This document shows, piece by piece, positions 55,902 through 64,000 of a stretch of DNA of 64,000 nt (positions within the stretch are counted from its first letter, which is position 1; the number at the start of each line of letters is the position of its first letter). The position numbers and the translations under genes were made by a program. The notes below the pieces were generated by a model. The model was not told the DNA's origin. It searched no databases and saw only the letters and a program-made list of their open reading frames with translations. Origin of the DNA: Candidatus Ozemobacteraceae bacterium (GTDB taxonomy: Bacteria; Muiribacteriota; Ozemobacteria; Ozemobacterales; Ozemobacteraceae); assembly GCA_965140445.1 (NCBI GenBank), contig OZ223236.1, positions 3,488,001 through 3,552,000 of the forward strand. Reading direction: 5' to 3'.

Positions 55902-56518
55902 TTTACCAATACCTCCTCAAGCATTTTGACAGCTTTATCACAAATGGCGATCTGGCCATATTTAAGCATATCAACAACGTTAACGTGCATTGGAGTTACA
56001 ACCTTAACATTTTTAAGGTTCTGTGTGGCACGTCTAGTATTCTGAGAAATTTCAGAAACCACGAATAGAGCTTTTTCCATTTTGTGGCTATTAAGAAATT
56101 CAACTACATCTTTTGTTTTGCCAGATGTGAAATCAAAATTCTCAATGATTCTAATTGATCCTTCACTTGCTTTTGCAGTGAGAACACCAATTATTGCTTT
56201 ATCAACGACCTTTTTAGGAGGTCTTTGATCAAAGATGCGTGGTCTTGGACCAAAAGTTCGTCCACCACCTACGTGAAGAGGGGATTTGATATCGCCTTGG
56301 CGAGCACGGCCAGTACCTTTTTGACGATACAGCTTGCGAGTGCTTCCCTGAACTTCACTTCTTGTTTTTGTAGAAACAGTTCCATGTCTTTCATTATTGA
56401 GTTGAGCTTTTACAACATCATTAATGGTCTGAGGATGTGCTTTCTGTCCAAAAACAGCTTCGTTCAAATTAACTGAACCACTTTCGGTTCCATTCATACC
56501 AAATTTCTTGGCTTCCAT
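55898..56518 (-). CDS. rplD: 50S ribosomal protein uL4
   Basis: TKTRSEV, RQKGTGRAR.G, GG..FGP.PR. Confidence 0.96.
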   Translation of the reverse strand: MEAKKFGMNGTESGSVNLNEAVFGQKAHPQTINDVVKAQLNNERHGTVSTKTRSEVQGSTRKLYRQKGTGRARQGDIKSPLHVGGGRTFGPRPRIFDQRPPKKVVDKAIIGVLTAKASEGSIRIIENFDFTSGKTKDVVEFLNSHKMEKALFVVSEISQNTRRATQNLKNVKVVTPMHVNVVDMLKYGQIAICDKAVKMLEEVLVK

Positions 56519-56533
56519 AACTTCCTCCGTTCC

Positions 56534-57154
56534 TTAAGCCTGGCGAATTATAACCAGACCATTGGCGGCTCCAGGGATGGAACCCTTAACAAGCAGGAGG
56601 TTCTTCTGCTCGTCGACTTTAACAACCTTCAGACCTTTTACAGTTCGGCGCACATTGCCTAGCTGACCTGGAAGTTTTTTGCCCTTCCAAGTTCTAGCAG
56701 CGTTTGTACCAGAACCAGCGGAACCGACCGCGCGGGAATAATCTGAGGCACCATGTGTCATTGCCTGTCCTGCGAAATTGTGCCGTTCCATTGCGCCGGA
56801 AAAACCTTTACCCTTGCTGGTTCCAGTGATGTGTACCTGATCACCTTCTTTAAACATTGAAACATTGATCTCTGTATTAGGTTCAATTGCTTCAAGTTCG
56901 TCAGCGGGCAAGCTTCTTACGAAACGGAAAGGCTTAACTCCTGCTTTTTCGAAACTCATCTTTAGAGGCCTATTAAGCAGTCGTTTAACAGCTTCCGGTC
57001 TAATTTCCCTGTATCCAACCTGTACACTTGAATCACCTTTGCGGATGATTGTGCAAGGACCAGCGCTGATTACGGTTACGGGAACAACATTTCCATCATC
57101 AGTAAAAATCTGGGTCATACCAACTTTGGTACCCAATATTGCCTTAACGCCCAT
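56534..57154 (-). CDS. rplC: 50S ribosomal protein uL3
   Basis: G.K.GMTQIF, G.SKGKGF.G, KGSIPGA. Confidence 0.96.
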   Translation of the reverse strand: MGVKAILGTKVGMTQIFTDDGNVVPVTVISAGPCTIIRKGDSSVQVGYREIRPEAVKRLLNRPLKMSFEKAGVKPFRFVRSLPADELEAIEPNTEINVSMFKEGDQVHITGTSKGKGFSGAMERHNFAGQAMTHGASDYSRAVGSAGSGTNAARTWKGKKLPGQLGNVRRTVKGLKVVKVDEQKNLLLVKGSIPGAANGLVIIRQA

Positions 57155-57181
57155 TATTTTCCTCCTTTATCCTTCCAGCTA

Positions 57182-57493
57182 TTACAACATCTTAATTTCG
57201 ATGTTAACACCGGAGGGAAGGTCCATGTTCATTAGAGAGTCAACCGTCTGTCCTGACGGATTGTAAAGGTCGATGTTTCTCTTATGAATTCTCATTTCAA
57301 ATTGCTCGCGTGAATCCTTATTAACAAAGGGTGAGCGAAGAACCGTATATTTTCGGATTTCCGTTGGCATAGGGATTGGTCCGGAAATTTTGGTTCCTGT
57401 TCGTTTTACGGTGTCACAAATTCTCGCTACTGATTGATCAAGAAGTCTATGATCAAACGCTTTGAGAGACAACCGCATTTTCTGCTTGGCCAT
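57182..57493 (-). CDS. rpsJ: 30S ribosomal protein uS10
   Basis: [27 protein letters not shown]. Confidence 0.97.
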   Translation of the reverse strand: MAKQKMRLSLKAFDHRLLDQSVARICDTVKRTGTKISGPIPMPTEIRKYTVLRSPFVNKDSREQFEMRIHKRNIDLYNPSGQTVDSLMNMDLPSGVNIEIKML

Positions 57494-57539
57494 TTTAAAA
57501 TCCTCCTTGGATTTCAGTCAAAAATTGTACCGTGATGAC

Positions 57540-59663
57540 TTAGATGTCACCAGCCATCATCTGCTGAGGCATTTGGTCGTAACCAAATACTCCCAGAATA
57601 CGTTCGGAAACATTTTTGGGGACTTCATCATAATGAAGAAGTTCCATTGTAAAGCTTGCGCGTCCTTGAGACAAGGAACGAAGCTGTGTAGAGTAACCAA
57701 ACATGTCGGATAATGGAGCGTGACATTCAATAACTCTTATGTCCTCACGCATTTCCATGTTGATTACTTTTCCGCGCCTGGCACTTATATTGCCAATAAT
57801 GTCACCCATATATTGTTCAGGTGTTTCTATTTCAACTCTCATGAACGGTTCTAGTAGGACAGGCCCAGCATTTCTCAATGCTGCTTTCATAGCTTCATAT
57901 CCTGAGATTTTAAAGGATATTTCATTGCTATCCGTTTCATGAAAAGAACCACCCTTAAGAACAACCTTTGCATCCACCATTGGGAAGCCAGCTAGAATAC
58001 CATCATTCATGCCGTCCTGGCAACCCTGAGATATAAAATTAACAAATTTTTCTGGAATAGCCTCTGGTGAAGCGGCATTCTCAAACTTAAATCCTTCTCC
58101 TCTAGGTAAAGGAGAGATTTCAAGAATAACATGGCCAAACTGTCCATGCCCACCAATTTGTTTTTCATATCTGCTTTCGCCAGTTCCACGCTTTGTTATT
58201 CCTTCTTTATAGGCAACCTGAGGTTTCCCAACAGAAGCTCTAACGTTAAATTCTCGGATGATGCGATCAACAATTATTTCTAAGTGAAGCTCACCCATTC
58301 CAGAAATCAAAGTTTCACCAGTATCTGGATCTATCTTTGCTTTAAAGGTAGGATCTTCATCCATTAAAGAGTTTAAAACATCAGTAAGCTTGGAAAGGTC
58401 GGCTTGAGTTTTTGGCTCAATAGCCACGGAAATAACCGTTTCCGGGAATGTAATTCTTTCGAGTGTTGGATGCTTAATTTCGGAAGAAATAGTTTCGCCA
58501 GTAGCTACGCCTTTCATTCCAACTGCTGCAACAATATCACCCGCCTGGATTTTTTGAATGTCTTTCCTTTGATTTGCATGCATCTGAAGCAAGCGCCCTA
58601 CTCTCTCTTTTTTTCCGTTGTTGACGTTATAAACAACTTTACCTGCCTCAAGAGTGCCTGAATAGACTCTCAAGTAAACAAGCTTACCAACATGTGCGTC
58701 AGTAGCTATTTTAAACGCCAAAGCAGAAAAAGGAGCATCTGGGTCTGCTTTAATTTCAACTTCTTTTTCATCCTCAACCGCATAACCTACAGCAGCAGGA
58801 ATATCGATCGGAGAAGGAAGATAATCAACGATTGAATCAAGAAGGTCCTGAACGCCTTTATTTTTAAAAGCGGAGCCGCAAAGCATGGGAACAACGTTTC
58901 CAGCAATTGTGGCGCTTCTCAAGCTTTTCTTAATCAATTCTTCAGAAACATCTTGCTCTTCAAGATACAACTCAAGAATTTCATCGCTGTAAGCCGAAAG
59001 GGTTTCTAGCATAAAATCTCTGGCACTTTCTGCTTTTTCAACATATTCAGCAGGAATTTCACCAATACTGAATTCGACTCCAAGACTAACGCTGTTAGCA
59101 TTGTCCCAGGTATGAGCTTTCATAGTAACCAAATCTATGTGACCAACAAACAAATCTTCAGATCCCATTGGGATGACGATTGGTAAAGGCTTAGCCAACA
59201 GACGTTCTTTTACCTGCTGAACAACCCTTTCAAAGTTGGCACCGACTCGATCCATCTTGTTTACGAAAGCCACTCTTGGCACTTTGTAACGATTAGCTTG
59301 ACGCCAAACAGTTTCAGACTGTGGCTGTACACCTGCTACGGCGCAAAAAACCACAACCGCCCCATCAAGCACTCTTAATGAGCGTTCAACTTCGGCAGTA
59401 AAGTCCACGTGTCCGGGCGTGTCTATAATGTTGATGTCGGCATCTTTCCATGCGCATTTAGTCGCTGCACTTGTAATAGTAATTCCGCGTTCCTGTTCCT
59501 GGATCATCCAGTCCATTACCGCGGTTCCCTCATGAACTTCGCCCATCTTATAGTTAATTCCGGTATAAAAAAGAATACGTTCAGTTGTCGTAGTTTTCCC
59601 AGCATCAATGTGGGCTACGATACCAATATTCCTAATTTTTCCGATATTATTAGTGGCACTCAT
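57540..59663 (-). CDS. fusA: Elongation factor G
   Basis: [31 protein letters not shown]. Confidence 0.97.
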   Translation of the reverse strand: MSATNNIGKIRNIGIVAHIDAGKTTTTERILFYTGINYKMGEVHEGTAVMDWMIQEQERGITITSAATKCAWKDADINIIDTPGHVDFTAEVERSLRVLDGAVVVFCAVAGVQPQSETVWRQANRYKVPRVAFVNKMDRVGANFERVVQQVKERLLAKPLPIVIPMGSEDLFVGHIDLVTMKAHTWDNANSVSLGVEFSIGEIPAEYVEKAESARDFMLETLSAYSDEILELYLEEQDVSEELIKKSLRSATIAGNVVPMLCGSAFKNKGVQDLLDSIVDYLPSPIDIPAAVGYAVEDEKEVEIKADPDAPFSALAFKIATDAHVGKLVYLRVYSGTLEAGKVVYNVNNGKKERVGRLLQMHANQRKDIQKIQAGDIVAAVGMKGVATGETISSEIKHPTLERITFPETVISVAIEPKTQADLSKLTDVLNSLMDEDPTFKAKIDPDTGETLISGMGELHLEIIVDRIIREFNVRASVGKPQVAYKEGITKRGTGESRYEKQIGGHGQFGHVILEISPLPRGEGFKFENAASPEAIPEKFVNFISQGCQDGMNDGILAGFPMVDAKVVLKGGSFHETDSNEISFKISGYEAMKAALRNAGPVLLEPFMRVEIETPEQYMGDIIGNISARRGKVINMEMREDIRVIECHAPLSDMFGYSTQLRSLSQGRASFTMELLHYDEVPKNVSERILGVFGYDQMPQQMMAGDI

Positions 59664-59706
59664 AAGGTTTACCTATTACAGTTGCATCCAATTCTAATGA
59701 TTTTTA

Positions 59707-60180
59707 TTAAACCCGGAAGTGTGAGAATGCTTTATTTGCTTCAGCCATTCTATGAACTTCATCGCGCTTCTTCATTGTAGCGCCAGTATTGTTGAGAATA
59801 TCGTCAAATTCAGCACTAAGTCTGTCTGACATTGATTTTTCTTTTCTCGCCCTGGAAAATCTAAGAATCCAGCGGAAAGCCAAGGCAATCGCACGATCAG
59901 ATTTAACTTCGATTGGAACCTGATAGTTCGCTCCACCAACACGTTTGCTTCTTACTTCAACCATTGGTTTTGCTGAATCAACAACTTTTTTGAAAAGTTC
60001 AAGACCGTTTTCATCTTTTCTTTTCTTTGAGAGTTTTTCAACTGCATCATAGAAAATACGACTTCCGATACTTTTCTTCCCATCTACCATGAGATTGTTG
60101 ACAAATCTGGTTACAAGCTTAGAGTTGTAAACTGAATCAGGAGTCAATTCTCTTTTGCTTACGTGACCACGTCTAGGCAT
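59707..60180 (-). CDS. rpsG: 30S ribosomal protein uS7
   Basis: MPRR, RVGGANYQVP, HRMAEANKAF. Confidence 0.97.
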   Translation of the reverse strand: MPRRGHVSKRELTPDSVYNSKLVTRFVNNLMVDGKKSIGSRIFYDAVEKLSKKRKDENGLELFKKVVDSAKPMVEVRSKRVGGANYQVPIEVKSDRAIALAFRWILRFSRARKEKSMSDRLSAEFDDILNNTGATMKKRDEVHRMAEANKAFSHFRV

Positions 60181-60193
60181 GAATCAATTCTCC

Positions 60194-60568
60194 TTATTTT
60201 TTGGGCCGTTTGGCGCCATATTTAGAGCGAGCCTGCATGCGGTTGGCAACGCCAGCGCAGTCAAGTGCTCCGCGAATGATGTGATAACGTACACCAGGTA
60301 AATCTTTAACACGACCGCCGCGAATAAGCACAACAGAGTGTTCCTGCAGATTGTGTCCGATACCTGGGATGTAAGCCGTTACCTCAATCTTGTTAGTCAG
60401 CCTTACGCGAGCGATTTTACGAAGAGCCGAGTTAGGCTTCTTCGGTGTGGTTGTTTTAACAACCGTACAAACGCCACGGCGCTGTGGACAATCATCCAGA
60501 GCTGGTGATGACGATTTGTAAACCGGAGCACGTCTGGCCTTTCTGATAAGTTGATTAATGGTAGGCAC
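60194..60568 (-). CDS. rpsL: 30S ribosomal protein uS12 (GTG start)
   Basis: [23 protein letters not shown]. Confidence 0.97.
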   Translation of the reverse strand: MPTINQLIRKARRAPVYKSSSPALDDCPQRRGVCTVVKTTTPKKPNSALRKIARVRLTNKIEVTAYIPGIGHNLQEHSVVLIRGGRVKDLPGVRYHIIRGALDCAGVANRMQARSKYGAKRPKK

Positions 60569-60642
60569 TACGAACACCTTCCTTAAAAATTTTCAATAAG
60601 GCTATACCGCCTTACTGCCCTGATAGTTCAGGGTGAACTTAG

Positions 60643-60671
60643 ATGCTAGCATATGTTAAAGTCTCTGTCAA
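60643..60671 (-). promoter_or_regulatory. sigma70 promoter of the str/S10 supercluster
   Basis: TTGACA-17 nt-TAGCAT with extended TG, between the rpoC terminator and rpsL. Confidence 0.72.
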
Positions 60672-60700
60672 CGTACTTTTGCGAAGACTTTAAAATTTTC

Positions 60701-60736
60701 AAAAAAAAAGGCCCGGAAAATATTTTTCCGAGCCTT
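60701..60736 (-). terminator. Intrinsic terminator after rpoC
   Basis: Minus strand AGGCTCGGAAAA-ATA-TTTTCCGGGCC followed by a 9-T run. Confidence 0.85.
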
Positions 60737-60745
60737 AATTTTTTT

Positions 60746-63700
60746 TTATTCTTTAGGAGAAGAAGTTAAGAAGAGTTCTTCTTCAAGTTTCTTCAATCCA
60801 GCTTCATCTTCAGCACCTTCTGCTTTAAATAGATCTTCTGATGCATTTTCAACAACTTCCATTTCAACAGGAAGATTCTTGAACATGATATCTCTTTCTA
60901 CAGAAAGACCGGTTCCGGCAGGAATCAACTTACCAATGATAAGGTTTTCCTTAAGACCCTTGAGATGATCCACTTTTGACTTAATAGCTGCCTTAGTCAA
61001 AACACGTGTTGTTTCCTGGAAAGACGCTGCAGAAATAAAGCTGTCTGTTGTTAAAGAAGCTTTTGTAATTCCCTGAATCATTGGTACACCAACTGGTGGT
61101 TTTTTACCTTTTTCAATCAAAGAATTAACTCTTTCTTCAAAACGTCTTACATGAACTGGTTCATTTGGCAAGAACTGTGAATCACCTGAGTGAGTAATTA
61201 CTACTTTTCTCAACATCTGACGAACAATAATTTCAATGTGTTTGTCATTGATGCTAACACCCTGATCACGATAAACTCTCTGGATTTCATCCATGAGGTA
61301 TCTTCTTACAAATGGAAGGTCAACAACCTTAACCAGTTTTTTAGGGAATACCTTACCGTCAGTAATAACATCACCGGCTTCTACATATTCTCCATCATGA
61401 ACAACAAGTCCAGAAGCACCAAACTGCACGCGAACAGGTTTTTCAATTCCAGTCTCGATATCTCTAATTGTTACAGAGTTACCAGAGATGTGAATAACAC
61501 CTGATTCTTCTGCAATAACAGTTTCTTTCTTCGGTCGGCGAACTTCAAACAGTTCGGCAACACGAGGAAGACCCTGAATGATGTCTGTTGTTTTTCTAGC
61601 AGAAGCGCCCCACTTAGCAAGGATTTCACCCTTTTTAACTTTAGCGCCATCTTCTACTCTAAGTTCCGCACCGTCAAGAACCTGATGAGATTCACCTGGT
61701 TGGATAACGATTGTTTTGATAGTGCTCTTAATTTTTCCTTCTTTAGATTCTTCATGCTCAAGAAGGGTTACACCATGGTTAGTAGCTTTTAAGCAAGCAA
61801 GAAGCTGACCTTCACGGATTTCCTGTCCATCTTCAACTAGAACAGCTCCGCATGCTACCATTTCCTTGGTAACGGCATATTTCTTATCCTTGATTACTCT
61901 CTGTCTAATTCTTATTCCACTACCTTCACTGTCTTCAACTTGTTCGTATTCCTCAAAAGGAATAGGAGCAAGTGTCAGCTCACCATCTTTTACGACTGTT
62001 GGTGGGAATTTCAAACTTAGAGTTGCTGGATAGCTGAATTCTACGCCGCTATAAACAAGAACCTTTTCAATGATTTCTTCGCAGATGATTTTGTTGTAAC
62101 CATAAATATAGTTAACTTTACCAGCGATTTCACTAGTCATTGGTTCAATATCAGTAACAACCTTGTCACCAGCTTTTACAACCTGACCATCTTCAACGGC
62201 TATAGTTGCTCCTGCTGGCACAGGATACTGTACTTTTATTTCATCTTCGCCAATGATGTTAACTGCATCTTGTTCACCCTTAGCAATATAAACTTCTCTA
62301 ATTGAAGCTTTGTTATCTTCAAGGATGTTATACAATGTGTCATCAATTTGAACACCTTTTTCAGCAACCAATTCATCGGTTTCCTTATTAACTGCAACCC
62401 TAGCTAAAGTTGCGCCTCTAAGAATTTCCATGTCGTCGCCAATCAAGTGAACTCTGTGCTCAGAAATAGTTTTTGTTATTTCAATTGTTCCATCAATTTC
62501 AGCTTGAATGATAAGTTTGGCTGTAAGTTCTCCACCCTCTGCAACGTCTCCACCATTAGGAATTTTACAATTTTCTTTTGGTCTGAGAATTACACCACGA
62601 GGAACTGGATATTCAATTTCGTTTTTAACGATTACGCGCTTTCTATCAAGAGTTTTGTTAGCAGCACTTTTTTCATTAATAACTCTTACTACACCAGAGA
62701 TTGGAGCAATAAGTGACAAAGTTTTATTTTGTTCATCTATTGCAGCAGCCATTTCGCCCTTAAATTCATATTCCTCTTCAACTTCTCGGGAGATAGTTAA
62801 TTTGGTTCCATGTGAACTTGTGCTAAGGGTTCCTGTCATTTCAGAGATAATTGAAAGGAGTTTCTGACCAGGATATACCTCATCACCATTTTTAACGTTA
62901 AGGATAAGACCTGATGATTTAACAGCAGCTTCTTTTGCTTCCTTTACGCTTTTTGGAAGAGGATATTCTGTTCTGTCTTTATCTTTGCTCTTCTCAGGGA
63001 AAACAAAGACCATACCGTTATCACTGATAACCTGTTTGTTCTTTATCTTAATATTTTCAAACTTAATAATACCGTCGGTTCTAGCAATCGCAGCATGAGA
63101 TTCGGCCGAGATTTCTGCAAGAAGGTTACCGGCATGAATTATTTCGTTATCTTCAACTTTAAGAGTTGCACCCTGAGGGATTTTATAATCTTCAATAATG
63201 AAGTCTTTTGTTACCGGATCAAATTCCTGAGTGAGGATCTTGATAATACCGTGTTCAGAAACAACCATACCGTCTTTCTGTTCGATATCATCAAAAATAA
63301 CTTCCCCAGTGTATCCAGTTACAACGTTGTTTGGATTGTATTCAGCCAAAGCTTTTCCAGGAGTTACTTTATCTCCATCTTCAATTCTCATTTCAGAACC
63401 GACTGGGATATGAACTCTGTCGCTTCTTCCGCCTTTGCCTTGAACAGTGAGGTATCCACCAACAACAACGGTTTTGATGTTTGCACCAAATTCGCTCTTA
63501 TCGAAGGTTTCAGTTCCTGAACCAATTTCAAACTTGGCTCTGTCATAAACTTTTGCAAGTTTTAGATGTTCAAATCTGGCAAGACCTTGAGTTCTAGCTT
63601 TGATATACGATCTTTGAGCAAGAGCAACACCACCAAGATGGAAGGTTCTCATCGTAAGCTGTGTTCCTGGTTCCCCAATTGACTGAGCCGCGATAATTCC

Positions 63701-64000
63701 AACAGCTTCACCAAGGTCAACCGGTTTTCCAGTTGCAAGATCCGCTCCATAACAGCATTGACAAATTCCAGACTTAGAACGACAAGTCAAAGGCGATCGC
63801 ATAACGATCTTACTTCTGATCTTGATTTCCGGGAAGTCAGCATCTCTGGCTTTTTCCAGAACATATTCGTTAATTGGTCTATCTGGTCTAATAATGATTC
63901 TATTAGTTTTTGGATCAATCAGCTGTTCGGCGCAAATCATTCCAGGTTTCAACTGTTCCATTGGCACCTGGAAATCAACTCTGCCTTCTATTTCGTTTGC
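60746..64000 (-). CDS. rpoC: RNA polymerase beta' subunit, C-terminal part (5' end beyond window) with giant trigger-loop insertion
   Basis: RSPLTC...C..CYG, AQSIGEPGTQLTMRTFH, GLPRV.ELFE, SAASFQET, GLKEN..IG.LIPAGTG; frame stays open to 64000. Confidence 0.95.
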   Translation of the reverse strand, partial: ANEIEGRVDFQVPMEQLKPGMICAEQLIDPKTNRIIIRPDRPINEYVLEKARDADFPEIKIRSKIVMRSPLTCRSKSGICQCCYGADLATGKPVDLGEAVGIIAAQSIGEPGTQLTMRTFHLGGVALAQRSYIKARTQGLARFEHLKLAKVYDRAKFEIGSGTETFDKSEFGANIKTVVVGGYLTVQGKGGRSDRVHIPVGSEMRIEDGDKVTPGKALAEYNPNNVVTGYTGEVIFDDIEQKDGMVVSEHGIIKILTQEFDPVTKDFIIEDYKIPQGATLKVEDNEIIHAGNLLAEISAESHAAIARTDGIIKFENIKIKNKQVISDNGMVFVFPEKSKDKDRTEYPLPKSVKEAKEAAVKSSGLILNVKNGDEVYPGQKLLSIISEMTGTLSTSSHGTKLTISREVEEEYEFKGEMAAAIDEQNKTLSLIAPISGVVRVINEKSAANKTLDRKRVIVKNEIEYPVPRGVILRPKENCKIPNGGDVAEGGELTAKLIIQAEIDGTIEITKTISEHRVHLIGDDMEILRGATLARVAVNKETDELVAEKGVQIDDTLYNILEDNKASIREVYIAKGEQDAVNIIGEDEIKVQYPVPAGATIAVEDGQVVKAGDKVVTDIEPMTSEIAGKVNYIYGYNKIICEEIIEKVLVYSGVEFSYPATLSLKFPPTVVKDGELTLAPIPFEEYEQVEDSEGSGIRIRQRVIKDKKYAVTKEMVACGAVLVEDGQEIREGQLLACLKATNHGVTLLEHEESKEGKIKSTIKTIVIQPGESHQVLDGAELRVEDGAKVKKGEILAKWGASARKTTDIIQGLPRVAELFEVRRPKKETVIAEESGVIHISGNSVTIRDIETGIEKPVRVQFGASGLVVHDGEYVEAGDVITDGKVFPKKLVKVVDLPFVRRYLMDEIQRVYRDQGVSINDKHIEIIVRQMLRKVVITHSGDSQFLPNEPVHVRRFEERVNSLIEKGKKPPVGVPMIQGITKASLTTDSFISAASFQETTRVLTKAAIKSKVDHLKGLKENLIIGKLIPAGTGLSVERDIMFKNLPVEMEVVENASEDLFKAEGAEDEAGLKKLEEELFLTSSPKE

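Overview
AT-rich chromosomal window from a probably anaerobic, fermentative bacterium. The paired large HAMP-SpoIIE membrane proteins and overall gene content suggest Candidatus Riflebacteria or a similar deep lineage, but this is only inference and needs 16S placement. Bases 1-4.5 kb hold a lysine-fermentation operon of the Kat variant (kat-kce-ctfA-ctfB-kdd). Bases 4.8-29 kb are an accessory region: two tandem HAMP-PP2C/SpoIIE proteins (one broken by a single in-frame TAA, the other with a degenerate active site), an Orn/Lys/Arg decarboxylase with an NhaC-type transporter, a DAACS symporter, a GAF adenylate cyclase, a fused ECF module and various enzymes and hypotheticals. Bases 29.4-34.9 kb are a complete minus-strand 16S-23S-5S rRNA operon with tandem promoters and no spacer tRNA. 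Bases 35.6-39 kb encode a pair of dynamin-like GTPases. Bases 39-64 kb are the rpoC-str-S10-spc-alpha-ecfAA'T supercluster. The most striking signal lies inside this housekeeping cluster. Three 50S proteins near the peptide exit tunnel are roughly doubled or tripled in length: uL22 carries an N-terminal uS13-like domain plus a histone-H1-like tail, uL29 has a ~145-aa basic helical extension, and bL17 has ~85-90 aa of internal insertion. RNA polymerase beta' carries a ~680-aa trigger-loop insertion of cyanobacterial size, and tuf is missing from the str operon. No CRISPR array, tRNA or mobile element was seen. All family assignments come from motif recognition, not database searches.
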